From assembly GCA_902569725.1 (NCBI GenBank), contig CACFVG010000003.1, forward strand, positions 3,525 to 67,524: 64,000 nucleotides of DNA. Reading direction: 5' to 3'. Position 1 is the stretch's first letter. Every line of letters begins with the position of its first letter. This document shows positions 21,541 to 31,733 of the stretch, one piece after another. Both the position numbers and the translations under genes were made by a program. The DNA is from an uncultured Pelagibacteraceae bacterium. GTDB taxonomy: Bacteria > Pseudomonadota > Alphaproteobacteria > Pelagibacterales > Pelagibacteraceae. The notes under the pieces are model-generated. The model had not been told where the DNA came from, did no database searches, and saw only the letters and a list, made by a program, of their open reading frames with translations.

Positions 21541-22161
21541 TTTTTTCACATGATTTAAAATATTTTTTTTATCATAGCTAATTTCGAATTTCTCTATCTT
21601 GTCGTTAATAAATTTTACTATTTCGTTATAACATTTTTCTAAGTCGTCATTAATCACTACAAAATCATAGTTTTTCCAATGTTTAATATCTTCATTAAAT
21701 TGCTTCATTCTTTTTTCTACAATACTTTTATCCTTCATATCTCTGTTTTTTAATCTATTAAATAGCTCTGACTTAGTGGGTGGCAAAATAAAAAATGTAA
21801 TAAGTTTATAATTTAGTTTATGTTTTTTAATTTGTTCAGTTCCTTGCCAATCAATATCAAAAATTACATTTTCACCTTTATTTAAATTTTCGAAGACTTG
21901 ACTTTTCGATGATCCATAATAATTTTCAAAAACTTTTGCATATTCTAAAAATTCTTTATTTTTGATTAAATTTTTAAATTCTTCTTCACTAATAAAAAAA
22001 TAATCTTTACCATTCACTTCGCTAGTTCTTGGTTTTCTTGTTGTATATGAAATTGAAATTTTAAAATTATTTTCTTGAGCAATTTTTTTTACAAGTGTAG
22101 TTTTGCCCGCACCTGACGGAGATGATAATACGACAACTATCCCGTCTTTTCTTAAAGACAT
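21529..22161 (-). CDS. gmk: Guanylate kinase
   Basis: [28 protein letters not shown]. Confidence 0.96.
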   Translation of the reverse strand: MSLRKDGIVVVLSSPSGAGKTTLVKKIAQENNFKISISYTTRKPRTSEVNGKDYFFISEEEFKNLIKNKEFLEYAKVFENYYGSSKSQVFENLNKGENVIFDIDWQGTEQIKKHKLNYKLITFFILPPTKSELFNRLKNRDMKDKSIVEKRMKQFNEDIKHWKNYDFVVINDDLEKCYNEIVKFINDKIEKFEISYDKKNILNHVKKLSI

Positions 22162-22176
22162 TTTAATTTTGATTTT

Positions 22177-22416
22177 TTAATTTGCTTTACTTTCTATAAA
22201 TTTTACAGCATCCCCAACTGTAAGAATTTTTTCAGCTTCGCTATCAGAAATTTCTGAACCAAATTCTTCTTCGAAAGCCATTACCAATTCTACAGTATCT
22301 AAACTATCTGCTCCGAGGTCATCTATAAAACTTGACTCTTCTGTTACTTTAGACTCATCAATTCCTAAATGATCTGCTACTATTTTTTTTACTTTGCTTG
22401 AAATATCTTCTGACAT
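22177..22416 (-). CDS. acpP: Acyl carrier protein
   Basis: [20 protein letters not shown]. Confidence 0.98.
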   Translation of the reverse strand: MSEDISSKVKKIVADHLGIDESKVTEESSFIDDLGADSLDTVELVMAFEEEFGSEISDSEAEKILTVGDAVKFIESKAN

Positions 22417-22462
22417 AAAATCCTTTGTGTTTAAGTCGTTATTAATTTATATAAAGTTTTTG

Positions 22463-23197
22463 TCAAGCCATATACATACCTCCATTAACATGTATAGTTT
22501 CTCCAGTAATATAAGAAGCTTGGTCAGATGATAAAAAAGCGACTGAATTCGCCACATCTTCTCCATTTCCTAGTCTTGCCATAGGTATTCTAGAAGTCAA
22601 AACAGCTTTTACACTTTCGATAATGTTATCTGTCATCCTTGATTGTATAAATCCAGGTGAAACACAATTTAATGTAATATTTTTTTTTGCATATTCTATT
22701 GCCAAAGATTTAGTCATACCTATAATTCCTGCTTTTGTTGCGGCATAATTTGATTGTCCTAAGTTTCCAGTATGACCAACTACAGATGCAATATTTACTA
22801 TTCTTCCATATTTATTTTTTAACATTTTTTTTATTGCATATTTGCTTAATAAAAAAGTTGAAGTTAAATTAATATCAATTACTCTTTTCCATTCTTCATC
22901 TTTCATTCTTAAAGATAAATTATCCATATTAGTTCCAGCATTGTTTATTAAAATATCTAATCCAGTTAATTGAGTTGTTACATTATCTATGAATTCTTCA
23001 ATTTTAGAATGATCTGAAATATCAAATTTAATAGCATTAATATTTGGAAAATCTTTTTTTAGTAAATCTAATTTTTCAATATTAGTTCCGGTAGCCACAA
23101 CATTTCCTTCTAGAGAAATAAATTTTTTTACAATATCTCTCCCTATCCCACCTGTGGCACCTGTAACTAATATCTTTTTATTTTTAAAATTAATCAT
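22463..23197 (-). CDS. fabG: 3-oxoacyl-ACP reductase
   Basis: TGATGGIG, NNAG, YAATK, PGFI; between fabD and acpP. Confidence 0.96.
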   Translation of the reverse strand: MINFKNKKILVTGATGGIGRDIVKKFISLEGNVVATGTNIEKLDLLKKDFPNINAIKFDISDHSKIEEFIDNVTTQLTGLDILINNAGTNMDNLSLRMKDEEWKRVIDINLTSTFLLSKYAIKKMLKNKYGRIVNIASVVGHTGNLGQSNYAATKAGIIGMTKSLAIEYAKKNITLNCVSPGFIQSRMTDNIIESVKAVLTSRIPMARLGNGEDVANSVAFLSSDQASYITGETIHVNGGMYMA

Positions 23198-24122
23198 TTA
23201 ATTTTATATTTTTTAAATCTTCAATTTTATTTATGGTATTTACATTAGTTATTTTGTCTATTCTTTTTACTAAACCAGATAATACTTTTCCAGGTCCAAT
23301 TTCAATAAAATTTGTAACTCCTTTTTTTATCATATAAATTACACTTTCTCTCCAAAGAACTGGGCTTTCTATTTGCTTTATAAGCAAATCTTTTATTTCT
23401 TCTATTTCTTGAGTTTCTAACCCTGTTACATTTGAAATAATAGGATTTTTTGGTTTTTCAAAATTTGTGTTATTGATTTTATCTCTCATGATATTGGTTG
23501 CCTTATCCATTAATTTGCAATGAAATGGGGCGCTTACTGGAAGTTTTATATTTTTTATTTTTATTACTTTTAAAGTCTCAATAAATTTATCTATATCTGT
23601 GTTTAGACCACTCAAAACTATTTGTCCATTTGAATTGTCATTTGCAACATAACATTTATAATTATTTTTGTTTTCTTTTAACAAATTATTTATTTCGTTT
23701 ATTTCTACACCTAAAACAGCTACCATTCCACCTGCTCCTTTGGGTACAGCAGTCTGCATTGCTTTGCCTCTTTGGCTTAAAAGTTTTATTGCACTTTTAA
23801 AGTCTAAAGAACCGGTTGTAGCTAGAGCTGAATATTCTCCAAGCGAATGTCCTGCAAAATATTTTGCATTTGCTAATTTAATATTACTTTCATTTTTAAT
23901 CATTTCAAATATTGAATAGCTAGCTAAAAATATTGCTGGTTGGGTATTTTCAGTTAAATCCAAATCTTCTTTTGGACCCTCTAATATTATTCTACTAATT
24001 GAGTAGCCCAGTACATCGTCTGCTTCTTTAAATAGATCTTTAACATAGGAGAAATTATCATACAGTTCTTTGGTCATTCCAACTGACTGTGAACCTTGGC
24101 CTGGAAATATTACTGAAAACAT
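23190..24122 (-). CDS. fabD: Malonyl-CoA:ACP transacylase
   Basis: FPGQGSQ, GHSLGEY, VSAPFH, EIGPG. Confidence 0.97.
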   Translation of the reverse strand: MFSVIFPGQGSQSVGMTKELYDNFSYVKDLFKEADDVLGYSISRIILEGPKEDLDLTENTQPAIFLASYSIFEMIKNESNIKLANAKYFAGHSLGEYSALATTGSLDFKSAIKLLSQRGKAMQTAVPKGAGGMVAVLGVEINEINNLLKENKNNYKCYVANDNSNGQIVLSGLNTDIDKFIETLKVIKIKNIKLPVSAPFHCKLMDKATNIMRDKINNTNFEKPKNPIISNVTGLETQEIEEIKDLLIKQIESPVLWRESVIYMIKKGVTNFIEIGPGKVLSGLVKRIDKITNVNTINKIEDLKNIKLND

Positions 24123-24207
24123 AGAAATTATTATTAAATTTTAACGTTTTTTGTGTTGTAATTAAATTTTTATAATAGTATATCCCTTTTTTTTATAACA
24201 TTAAAAT

Positions 24208-24555
24208 ATGAACTTTTACGAACATACAATTATAGCAAGGCAAGATACAAGTCCTGCTCAACTAAAGCAAATACAGGATAAATATGCTAATTTAGTAACG
24301 AAACATGAAGGGAAAATAGTAAAAACTGAAAATTGGGGCCTTCTAAATTTAGCTTATCTAATAAAAAAAAATAAAAAAGGAAATTATATTCATTTCAAAA
24401 TTGAAGGAAATGGAAAAACAATTAGCGAACTTGAAAAGAATGAAAAAATAGACAAAAATCTTTTAAGGTATTTAACGGTAAAAGTTAAAAAATTAGATTT
24501 AGAAATAAATTATTTTGAAAAAAAAAGTGAAGAAATAAAAGAAAAATCAAATTAG
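24208..24555 (+). CDS. rpsF: 30S ribosomal protein S6
   Basis: YE, WG...LAY.IKK..KG.Y, LRYL. Confidence 0.95.
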   Translation: MNFYEHTIIARQDTSPAQLKQIQDKYANLVTKHEGKIVKTENWGLLNLAYLIKKNKKGNYIHFKIEGNGKTISELEKNEKIDKNLLRYLTVKVKKLDLEINYFEKKSEEIKEKSN

Positions 24556-24558
24556 GTT

Positions 24559-24831
24559 ATGAAAAAAATAAATAAAAATAAAAAAAGATCTAGTCAAAAC
24601 AACTTTGCTAAACTAAGTATTTTTCAACCTCAAAAATACAAATTTAAAAAAAAATGTCCACTATCAGGCAAGGGAGCTCCTGTTATTGATTATAAAAACA
24701 TAAAACTTTTAAGAAAATATATTACAGAAAATGGAAAAATAATGCCTTCGAGAATTACATCTGTTTGTCAAAAAAAACAAAGAGAACTGTCTCTTTCAAT
24801 TAAAAGAGCAAGAAATTTAGCTTTAATTTAA
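24559..24831 (+). CDS. rpsR: 30S ribosomal protein S18
   Basis: IDYKN..LL..YITE.GKI.P.RIT, QR.L...IKRAR.LAL. Confidence 0.96.
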   Translation: MKKINKNKKRSSQNNFAKLSIFQPQKYKFKKKCPLSGKGAPVIDYKNIKLLRKYITENGKIMPSRITSVCQKKQRELSLSIKRARNLALI

Positions 24832-25286
24832 TGAAAGTAATATTATTAGAAAATGTTAGAAAAGTAGGATCAATTGGTGATGTAATTGATGTTAAAAGAG
24901 GATTTGCAAGAAATTATTTAATTACAAAAAAAAAAGCTCTTTTTGCATCTAAAGAAAACATAAAAGAAGTAGAGAAAATTAAAATAGAACTTTCAAAAAA
25001 AGATCAAGAAAAAAAGAAACATGCAAAATCTGTGCATGAAAAAATTCAAAACAAAGAATATCCGGTTAAAAAATTGGCAACTGAAAATAAAGAATTGTAT
25101 GGTTCAGTTAAGCCAACCGAAATTGCAAAAATTTTAAACGAAATTGAAAAAATTGATATAAATCCATCTTTAATACAACCTGTTAAAGAAATAAAATCAA
25201 TTGGAACATTTAAAGTTGTATTAAATCTCCATCCAGAGGTTCAGTCACAAATATCAATAAAAGTTGTTTCTGAAGACAATAAATAA
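24831..25286 (+). CDS. rplI: 50S ribosomal protein L9
   Basis: MKVILL, G..GD...VK.GFARNYL, LYGSV, LHPEV. Confidence 0.96.
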   Translation: MKVILLENVRKVGSIGDVIDVKRGFARNYLITKKKALFASKENIKEVEKIKIELSKKDQEKKKHAKSVHEKIQNKEYPVKKLATENKELYGSVKPTEIAKILNEIEKIDINPSLIQPVKEIKSIGTFKVVLNLHPEVQSQISIKVVSEDNK

Positions 25287-25354
25287 TTATACAACTTTTT
25301 CCCCAGCTATTTTTTGATATTGTATTGTTATATTAAATTTTATTAACTAATTGA

Positions 25355-26770
25355 ATGGTAAAAACATTTAATTTGGTTCAACATCAAGCAAATGAACTTC
25401 CCAACAATATAGAAGCTGAACAGTCAGTTATTGGATCTATTTTGGTTTCAAATGAAATTTTTGATGAAATTAATATGATCGTAATAAGTAAAAACTTTTA
25501 TGATCCAATGCATCAGAAAATTTTTAATGCCATAGAAAAATTAATTTATAGTGGAATGCTAGCTAATCCAATAACTCTTAAAAATTATTTCGAAAAAGAA
25601 AAAGATGAAATAAATATTCCAGACTATTTAATTAAAATTACTAAATTTTCAACTTCTTCCCGTCAAACAATCGAATATTCTAAATTAATTTATGACCTTT
25701 TTGTAAAAAGAGAATTAATAAAAATTTCAGAAAATATTATCGATACTGCAAAATTAAATGATTTAGACCATGATGGTCAATCAATTATAGAAAATTTTGA
25801 GAAATCTCTTTTTGACTTAGCTGAAAAAGGGTCCTTTGCTTCTTCGCTTATAAAATTTGATGAAGCAATGAAAATGACTATCGAAATGGCTTCAAATGCA
25901 TACAAAAATGATGAGGGAATTGTTGGTGTACCAACAGGATTAACTGACCTTGATGATAGACTTGGAGGTATGCATAAATCTGATTTATTAATAATAGCAG
26001 GAAGACCTTCAATGGGTAAAACTGCTTTAGCTACTAATATTGCATTTAATGCTGCAAAAAAAATCCAAGAAGACGGCAGAAAATCTACTATTGCTTTTTT
26101 TTCACTAGAGATGTCTTCAGAACAACTTTCTACAAGAATTTTAGCAGAGCAATCAAGAATTAGATCCAATGACATTAGAAGAGGAAGAATTTCTGAAGAA
26201 CAATTTGATAAATTTATAGAAACTTCCAAAGATATTTCTGAACTTCCTCTATACATAGATGAAACACCTGCAATAAGCATTGCAGCATTAAGCAATAGAG
26301 CGAGAAGAATAAAAAGACTTTATGGGTTAGATATGGTTGTGGTTGATTATATTCAGTTAATGAGAGCAGCAAATTTTAAAGAAGGCAGGGTTCAAGAAAT
26401 TTCTGAAATCACTCAAGGTTTAAAAGCTTTAGCAAAAGAATTGTCTGTCCCAGTTTTAGCTTTATCACAACTTTCAAGAGCTGTTGAACAAAGAGATGAT
26501 AAAAAGCCTCAGTTATCTGATTTAAGAGAATCTGGTTCAATCGAACAGGATGCAGATGTTGTAATGTTTGTTTTTAGAGATGCATATTATATTGGAAGGA
26601 AAGAGCCACAACCAAATACTGTTGAACATGCTGAATGGTTATCCAAGATGAATGAAGTAGCAAATCATGCTGAAATAATTATAGGTAAACAGCGTCATGG
26701 ACCTACAGGTAATGTTTTTCTTGAATTTGAGCCTGAGTTTACCAGATTTAAAGATATTCAAAATAGTTAA
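25355..26770 (+). CDS. dnaB: Replicative DNA helicase
   Basis: EAEQSVIG, AGRPSMGKT, FSLEM, DYIQL, LSQLSR, DLRESGSIEQDAD, KQRHGPTG; no intein. Confidence 0.98.
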   Translation: MVKTFNLVQHQANELPNNIEAEQSVIGSILVSNEIFDEINMIVISKNFYDPMHQKIFNAIEKLIYSGMLANPITLKNYFEKEKDEINIPDYLIKITKFSTSSRQTIEYSKLIYDLFVKRELIKISENIIDTAKLNDLDHDGQSIIENFEKSLFDLAEKGSFASSLIKFDEAMKMTIEMASNAYKNDEGIVGVPTGLTDLDDRLGGMHKSDLLIIAGRPSMGKTALATNIAFNAAKKIQEDGRKSTIAFFSLEMSSEQLSTRILAEQSRIRSNDIRRGRISEEQFDKFIETSKDISELPLYIDETPAISIAALSNRARRIKRLYGLDMVVVDYIQLMRAANFKEGRVQEISEITQGLKALAKELSVPVLALSQLSRAVEQRDDKKPQLSDLRESGSIEQDADVVMFVFRDAYYIGRKEPQPNTVEHAEWLSKMNEVANHAEIIIGKQRHGPTGNVFLEFEPEFTRFKDIQNS

Positions 26771-26795
26771 ATTTAATTATATAAGTTGGTAATAG

Positions 26796-29165
26796 ATGTT
26801 TTCACATTTTTACCAAAAAAATATAATTGAAAAACCAAAAATAATTTTTGCAATTTTACTTGTTAGTCTTGCTAGTTTTGGATTTTTTACAAAAGATTTT
26901 AGATTAGATGCATCTTCAGAAACTTTGTTAATTGATGGGGATCCAGATTTAAAGTACCTAAAAGAAGTAACAGAAAGATATAATTCTAAAGAATTTCTTG
27001 TTTTAACCTATACACCTAATGAAGCTATGGTTTCAGAAAATTCTATTAATAATTTACTTAGTTTAAAATATAAAATTCAAAGTTTAGACTGGGTGCATAG
27101 TGTTATAACTATTCTAGATATTCCTCTTTTAAATAGTACTGACAAAACATTAAATGAACGATTACAAAATTTTAGTACACTTAAAAGTGATGGGATTAAT
27201 AAAAATAGAGGATTTAACGAAATTTTAAATAGCCCAGTTTTTAGAAACTTCGTAATTAGTGAAGATGGTAAAACAAGTGGAATAATCGTAAATATAAAAA
27301 AAAACATAATTCCCAATGAAATTAAAAGCAAAAAAGAAATAAAAATTTATAAAGATAAATTAAAAAAAAAAAATCACAGGAATATTATAGAAATAAGAGA
27401 AATAATAAAATCATATAACGATGTTGGCAAAATACATTTGGGAGGAATTCCTATGATTGCTGATGATATGATGACGTTTATAAAAAATGATATTGTTATT
27501 TTTGGTATTGGAGTTTTGGTATTTATTATAGCAACTCTTTGGTTTGTTTTTAAAAAATTTGTTTGGATCATTGTCCCAATAAGTAGCTGCTTTTTGTCAG
27601 TAGTAATAATGATAGGGCTGCTTGGCTTATTAGGTTGGAAAGTTACCGTAATATCATCAAATTTTATTGCTTTGATGCTAATTTTAACTATGGCGATGAA
27701 TATACATATGAGCACAAGATTTTTACAGTTAACTAAAGAAAAACCAAACTTAAGTAAAAAAGAAATAATTCTTCAAACAACAAGTAAAATGTTTTGGCCA
27801 ATTCTTTATACAGTTCTTACAACAATTTGTGCTTTTCTTTCATTAATTTTTAGTGAGATTAAACCAATAATAGACTTTGGATGGATGATGACATTAGGTT
27901 TAATTGTTTCATTTATTGTTACCTTTAGTTTGTTACCGGCTTTAATTAGCTTTGTTTCAGATGTAAGTGTGAATATTAATGAAAATAGAAACTCAGTTTT
28001 TACAAATCTACTAGGAAAATTATCAATTAATAACAAAAGCTTAATCTTTATAGCTAGTATATTAATATTTTTTATAAGTGTTTTTGGAATTTCCCGACTT
28101 GAGGTTGAAAATAGTTTCATAAATTATTTTAGTAAAAATACTGAAATCTACAAAGGTATGAAGCTTATAGATGAAAAATTAGGTGGAACAACTCCACTTG
28201 AGGTTATTATAAAGTTTCCAAAAAAAGATGAAGAGGAAGATGATGATTGGGAAGAAAGTGGCTCCGAAGAAGATGATTCAAAATATTGGTTTACCAAAGA
28301 TAAAATAGATAAAATTGATAAAGTTCATAAATATTTAGATGGCTTGCCTGCAGTTGGTAAAGTATTATCTTTTTCTTCTATAATTGAAGTAGCAACACAA
28401 TTAAATGATAATAAGCCTCTTGGTAGTCTTGAAATGGGAGTTCTATATTCTAAAATTCCCGATTCAATTAGAAAAGAAATAGTTGATCCATATATTTCAA
28501 TTAAAGACTCTGAAGCAAGAATTAATTTAAGAATCAAAGATTCAAATGAAGAACTGAGAAGAAATGAACTAATAAATCAAATTAAGTATGATTTATCAAA
28601 TAAAATAGGACTTAAGGAAGATGAATATAAATTGGTAGGTGTCCTTATTTTGTTCAATAACTTGCTGCAGAGTTTGTTTAAATCTCAAATTTTAACACTT
28701 GGTTTTGTTATGATTGGTATATTTGCAATGTTTTTTATTTTATTTAAAAATATTAAATTATCTTTAATTGGTGTTGTTCCAAATTTTATTGCAGCTTTTT
28801 TTATACTAGGAATTATTGGAATAGCAAAAATTCCTTTGGATATGATGACAATAACCATTGCTGCCATAACAATAGGAATAGCTGTAGATAATAGTATCCA
28901 CTATATTTATAGATTTAAGGAAGAATATAATAAAATTCATGATTACAAATTAACATTAAAAAAATGTCATTCGACAGTAGGTGTCGCAATATTAAACACA
29001 TCAATTACAATTGTTTTTGGATTTTCAATTTTAATTTTGTCTAATTTTATACCTACTATATATTTTGGAATATTTACTGGTATTGCTATGTTATTAGCAA
29101 TGATATCAGTATTAACTCTACTGCCGGCGTTATTGCTAGTATTTCAACCTTTTGGGGGGAAATAA
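26796..29165 (+). CDS. MMPL/RND-family transporter
   Basis: Two repeats of TM + extracytoplasmic loop + 5 TM; GIAVD..IH, GGTTPL. Confidence 0.85.
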   Translation: MFSHFYQKNIIEKPKIIFAILLVSLASFGFFTKDFRLDASSETLLIDGDPDLKYLKEVTERYNSKEFLVLTYTPNEAMVSENSINNLLSLKYKIQSLDWVHSVITILDIPLLNSTDKTLNERLQNFSTLKSDGINKNRGFNEILNSPVFRNFVISEDGKTSGIIVNIKKNIIPNEIKSKKEIKIYKDKLKKKNHRNIIEIREIIKSYNDVGKIHLGGIPMIADDMMTFIKNDIVIFGIGVLVFIIATLWFVFKKFVWIIVPISSCFLSVVIMIGLLGLLGWKVTVISSNFIALMLILTMAMNIHMSTRFLQLTKEKPNLSKKEIILQTTSKMFWPILYTVLTTICAFLSLIFSEIKPIIDFGWMMTLGLIVSFIVTFSLLPALISFVSDVSVNINENRNSVFTNLLGKLSINNKSLIFIASILIFFISVFGISRLEVENSFINYFSKNTEIYKGMKLIDEKLGGTTPLEVIIKFPKKDEEEDDDWEESGSEEDDSKYWFTKDKIDKIDKVHKYLDGLPAVGKVLSFSSIIEVATQLNDNKPLGSLEMGVLYSKIPDSIRKEIVDPYISIKDSEARINLRIKDSNEELRRNELINQIKYDLSNKIGLKEDEYKLVGVLILFNNLLQSLFKSQILTLGFVMIGIFAMFFILFKNIKLSLIGVVPNFIAAFFILGIIGIAKIPLDMMTITIAAITIGIAVDNSIHYIYRFKEEYNKIHDYKLTLKKCHSTVGVAILNTSITIVFGFSILILSNFIPTIYFGIFTGIAMLLAMISVLTLLPALLLVFQPFGGK

Positions 29166-29174
29166 ATTTTCTGA

Positions 29175-29717
29175 ATGGAAGGTTTTTTTAAGATCTTTGA
29201 AGATGTTTCTAGTTTTGATTTAATATATATTTTTTTTACAATATTATCTTTAATCAAATGCTCTAGAAAAGGTTTTGTTTTAAGCTTAATTGCAGCATCA
29301 AAATGGTTGTTAGCCTACATTATAACTTTAATAATTTTTCCTAGAGTTAAACCTTTTGTTGAAGGTGTAATCGACAGTGAATATATTTTAGACATTATTC
29401 TAGGTTTAGGAATTTTTGTTATTGTAATTTTTTTAATTTTAATGATCAACAAAGGTATTGGTAAAGCGGTATCATATTCGGGGCTTGGAACTTTGGATAA
29501 AATATTTGGATTCTTTTTTGGTTTTCTTAGATCGTATATAATTTGTGTATGTATATTTTCAACTATAAGTATAATTTATAGTTATGATAAATGGCCGATG
29601 AATTTAGAAAGTTCCTTTACCTTTCCATATGTTGAAAAAGGTAGTAATTATTTAATAAAAGAATTTCCAAATGAAAAAAAATATGATGATGCTAAAGAAA
29701 AAGTTCAAGAACTTTAA
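29175..29717 (+). CDS. cvpA: CvpA (colicin V production) family membrane protein
   Basis: D..., RKGF, LDK.FG.FFG.LR; directly upstream of purF. Confidence 0.88.
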   Translation: MEGFFKIFEDVSSFDLIYIFFTILSLIKCSRKGFVLSLIAASKWLLAYIITLIIFPRVKPFVEGVIDSEYILDIILGLGIFVIVIFLILMINKGIGKAVSYSGLGTLDKIFGFFFGFLRSYIICVCIFSTISIIYSYDKWPMNLESSFTFPYVEKGSNYLIKEFPNEKKYDDAKEKVQEL

Positions 29718-31152
29718 TCCAAAGATAAAAGAAGAATGTGGTGTATTTGGTATAAGCAATAACAATGACGCATCTGCTCTTACAGCATTAGGATTGCACG
29801 CCCTTCAGCACAGGGGTCAGGAAGGATGTGGTATTGTAACTTTTGATGGAGATCAATACCATTCTGAAAAAAGATTTGGTTTAGTTGGAGATAATTTTAA
29901 TAAAGAAAAAGTATTAAAAAATCTAACTGGAAAATATGCTGTTGGTCATAATAGATATAGTACAACTGGAGGTACAACATTAAGAAATATTCAGCCGTTT
30001 TTTGCAGACACAAACGCAGGAGGAATAAGCATATCCCACAATGGTAATTTAACAAATGCAATAACATTAAGATCAAAATTGGTTAAGGAGGGTGCGATAT
30101 TTCATACTACATCAGATACTGAAACTATCGTTCAACTAATTGCTAAATCAAAAAGAAATAAAACTATAGATAAAATCATTGACGCATTATTTCAAATTCA
30201 AGGAGGCTACGCATTGGTTATGTTAACTCAAAAAAATTTAATAGGTGTTAGAGATCCTTTTGGAATAAGACCTTTAGTAATAGGAAAATTAAATAATTCA
30301 TACGTATTAGCATCAGAAACTTGTGCTTTAGATATAATAGGTGCAAAATTTTTAAGAGAAGTTGAAAATGGAGAAATTGTTTTAATTCAAGATGATAAAA
30401 TTGAAAGTATTAAACCGTTTCCAGAACAAAAGGTTCGACCATGTGTATTCGAATATATTTATTTCTCAAGGCCAGACAGTATTTTAAACGGCAAAACTGC
30501 TTACGAATATAGAAAAAACCTAGGCGTTGAACTAGCAAAAGAAGATAATGTTGAGGGGGATGTTATTGTACCCGTACCAGATTCGGGTAATGCAGCTGCT
30601 TTAGGGTATAGTCAAAAAAAAAATAAAAATTTTGAATTGGGTTTAATTAGAAATCATTATGTGGGAAGAACTTTTATTGAACCATCTCAAAAAATTAGAA
30701 GTCTTGGCGTCAAACTAAAATTAAATCCTAACAAAACATCAATAAAAAATAAAAAAATTATTTTAGTTGATGATTCATTGGTTAGAGGAACAACAAGTTA
30801 TAAAATTGTAAAAATGTTATATGATGCAGGAGCTGAAGAGGTGCATGTAAGAATAGCGAGTCCAGAAATTAGATATCCTGATTTTTATGGAGTTGATACA
30901 CCTACAAAGAAGGAACTTTTAGCAGCAAATAAAAGTAATGATGAAATTTGTAAATATATAGGAGCAAAAAGTTTAAAATATTTATCAATAGATGGACTTT
31001 ATAAAGCAATGGGATTTGAAAATAGAAATAATACCTACCCCCAATTAACAGACCATTATTTTACTGGAGATTATCCTGTTAAACCGATGGATAATTTGGG
31101 TGATGATAAAATTACACAACTTTCTTTATTAAGTACTGGGTCAAATAGCTAG
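29671..31152 (+). CDS. purF: Amidophosphoribosyltransferase
   Basis: EECGVFG, LQHRGQE, GHNRYST, HNGNL, VDDSLVRGTT; true start may be a downstream Met (29683-29689). Confidence 0.97.
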   Translation: MKKNMMMLKKKFKNFNPKIKEECGVFGISNNNDASALTALGLHALQHRGQEGCGIVTFDGDQYHSEKRFGLVGDNFNKEKVLKNLTGKYAVGHNRYSTTGGTTLRNIQPFFADTNAGGISISHNGNLTNAITLRSKLVKEGAIFHTTSDTETIVQLIAKSKRNKTIDKIIDALFQIQGGYALVMLTQKNLIGVRDPFGIRPLVIGKLNNSYVLASETCALDIIGAKFLREVENGEIVLIQDDKIESIKPFPEQKVRPCVFEYIYFSRPDSILNGKTAYEYRKNLGVELAKEDNVEGDVIVPVPDSGNAAALGYSQKKNKNFELGLIRNHYVGRTFIEPSQKIRSLGVKLKLNPNKTSIKNKKIILVDDSLVRGTTSYKIVKMLYDAGAEEVHVRIASPEIRYPDFYGVDTPTKKELLAANKSNDEICKYIGAKSLKYLSIDGLYKAMGFENRNNTYPQLTDHYFTGDYPVKPMDNLGDDKITQLSLLSTGSNS

Positions 31153-31154
31153 CT

Positions 31155-31709
31155 ATGAGCAAAGTAAAATTTACAGAAATGAAATATGGAACTAAAGAAG
31201 ATTATTTACTTTTAGATAAGTATGAAAAAAAATATGTAGAGGAAACTGCTGATAGAATTATTAAATTTATGTCAGGATTAACAGAAACATTAGAAGGCTA
31301 TCAGATTTCAAGATTAGAACATTCACTTCAAAGTGCAACAAAGGCTTTAAAAGCTGGTGAAGATGAAGAAATTATAGTTGCAGCACTTTTGCATGATATC
31401 GGAGATGAATTAGCTCCTATGAACCACTCAGAATATGCTGCAGCAATTTTAAAGCCTTATGTTTCAGAAAAAACTCATTGGATAGTTGAAAAGCATGGAG
31501 AATTTCAATTATATTATTATGCACATCATTTAGGAGGGGACAGAAATAAAAGAGAGAAATACAAAGATCATAAATACTATCAAGCAACAATCGATTTTTG
31601 TGAAAAGTATGATCAAGGATCTTTTGATCCTAACTACAAGTCCTTACCATTGAAACATTTTGAACCAATGGTAAGAAGAATTTTTTCGAGAAAACCTTAT
31701 TCAAATTAA
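31155..31709 (+). CDS. HD-domain metalloprotein resembling PhnZ/TmpB/MIOX diiron oxygenases
   Basis: H-HD-H-H-D ligand set: RLEHSLQ, AALLHDIG, MNH, EKH, KYDQ. Confidence 0.75.
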   Translation: MSKVKFTEMKYGTKEDYLLLDKYEKKYVEETADRIIKFMSGLTETLEGYQISRLEHSLQSATKALKAGEDEEIIVAALLHDIGDELAPMNHSEYAAAILKPYVSEKTHWIVEKHGEFQLYYYAHHLGGDRNKREKYKDHKYYQATIDFCEKYDQGSFDPNYKSLPLKHFEPMVRRIFSRKPYSN

Positions 31710-31733
31710 GGTTTAATTTCGTAATTTCTAAAA

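Noticed and set aside
22431-22445. TTAA-N7-TTAA CtrA-like box upstream of acpP
   Set aside because: Many such matches are expected by chance at this AT content, and it lacks the trailing C of the full consensus.
24640-24790. Residual cysteines in S18 (CPLS...VCQK) as a Zn ribbon
   Set aside because: Only two of four ligands; degenerate Zn-free S18 is ordinary in Alphaproteobacteria.
25287-25305. Two DnaA-box-like 9-mers (TTATACAAC, TTTTCCCCA) upstream of dnaB
   Set aside because: One or two mismatches each and no larger cluster; insufficient for an origin or regulatory call.
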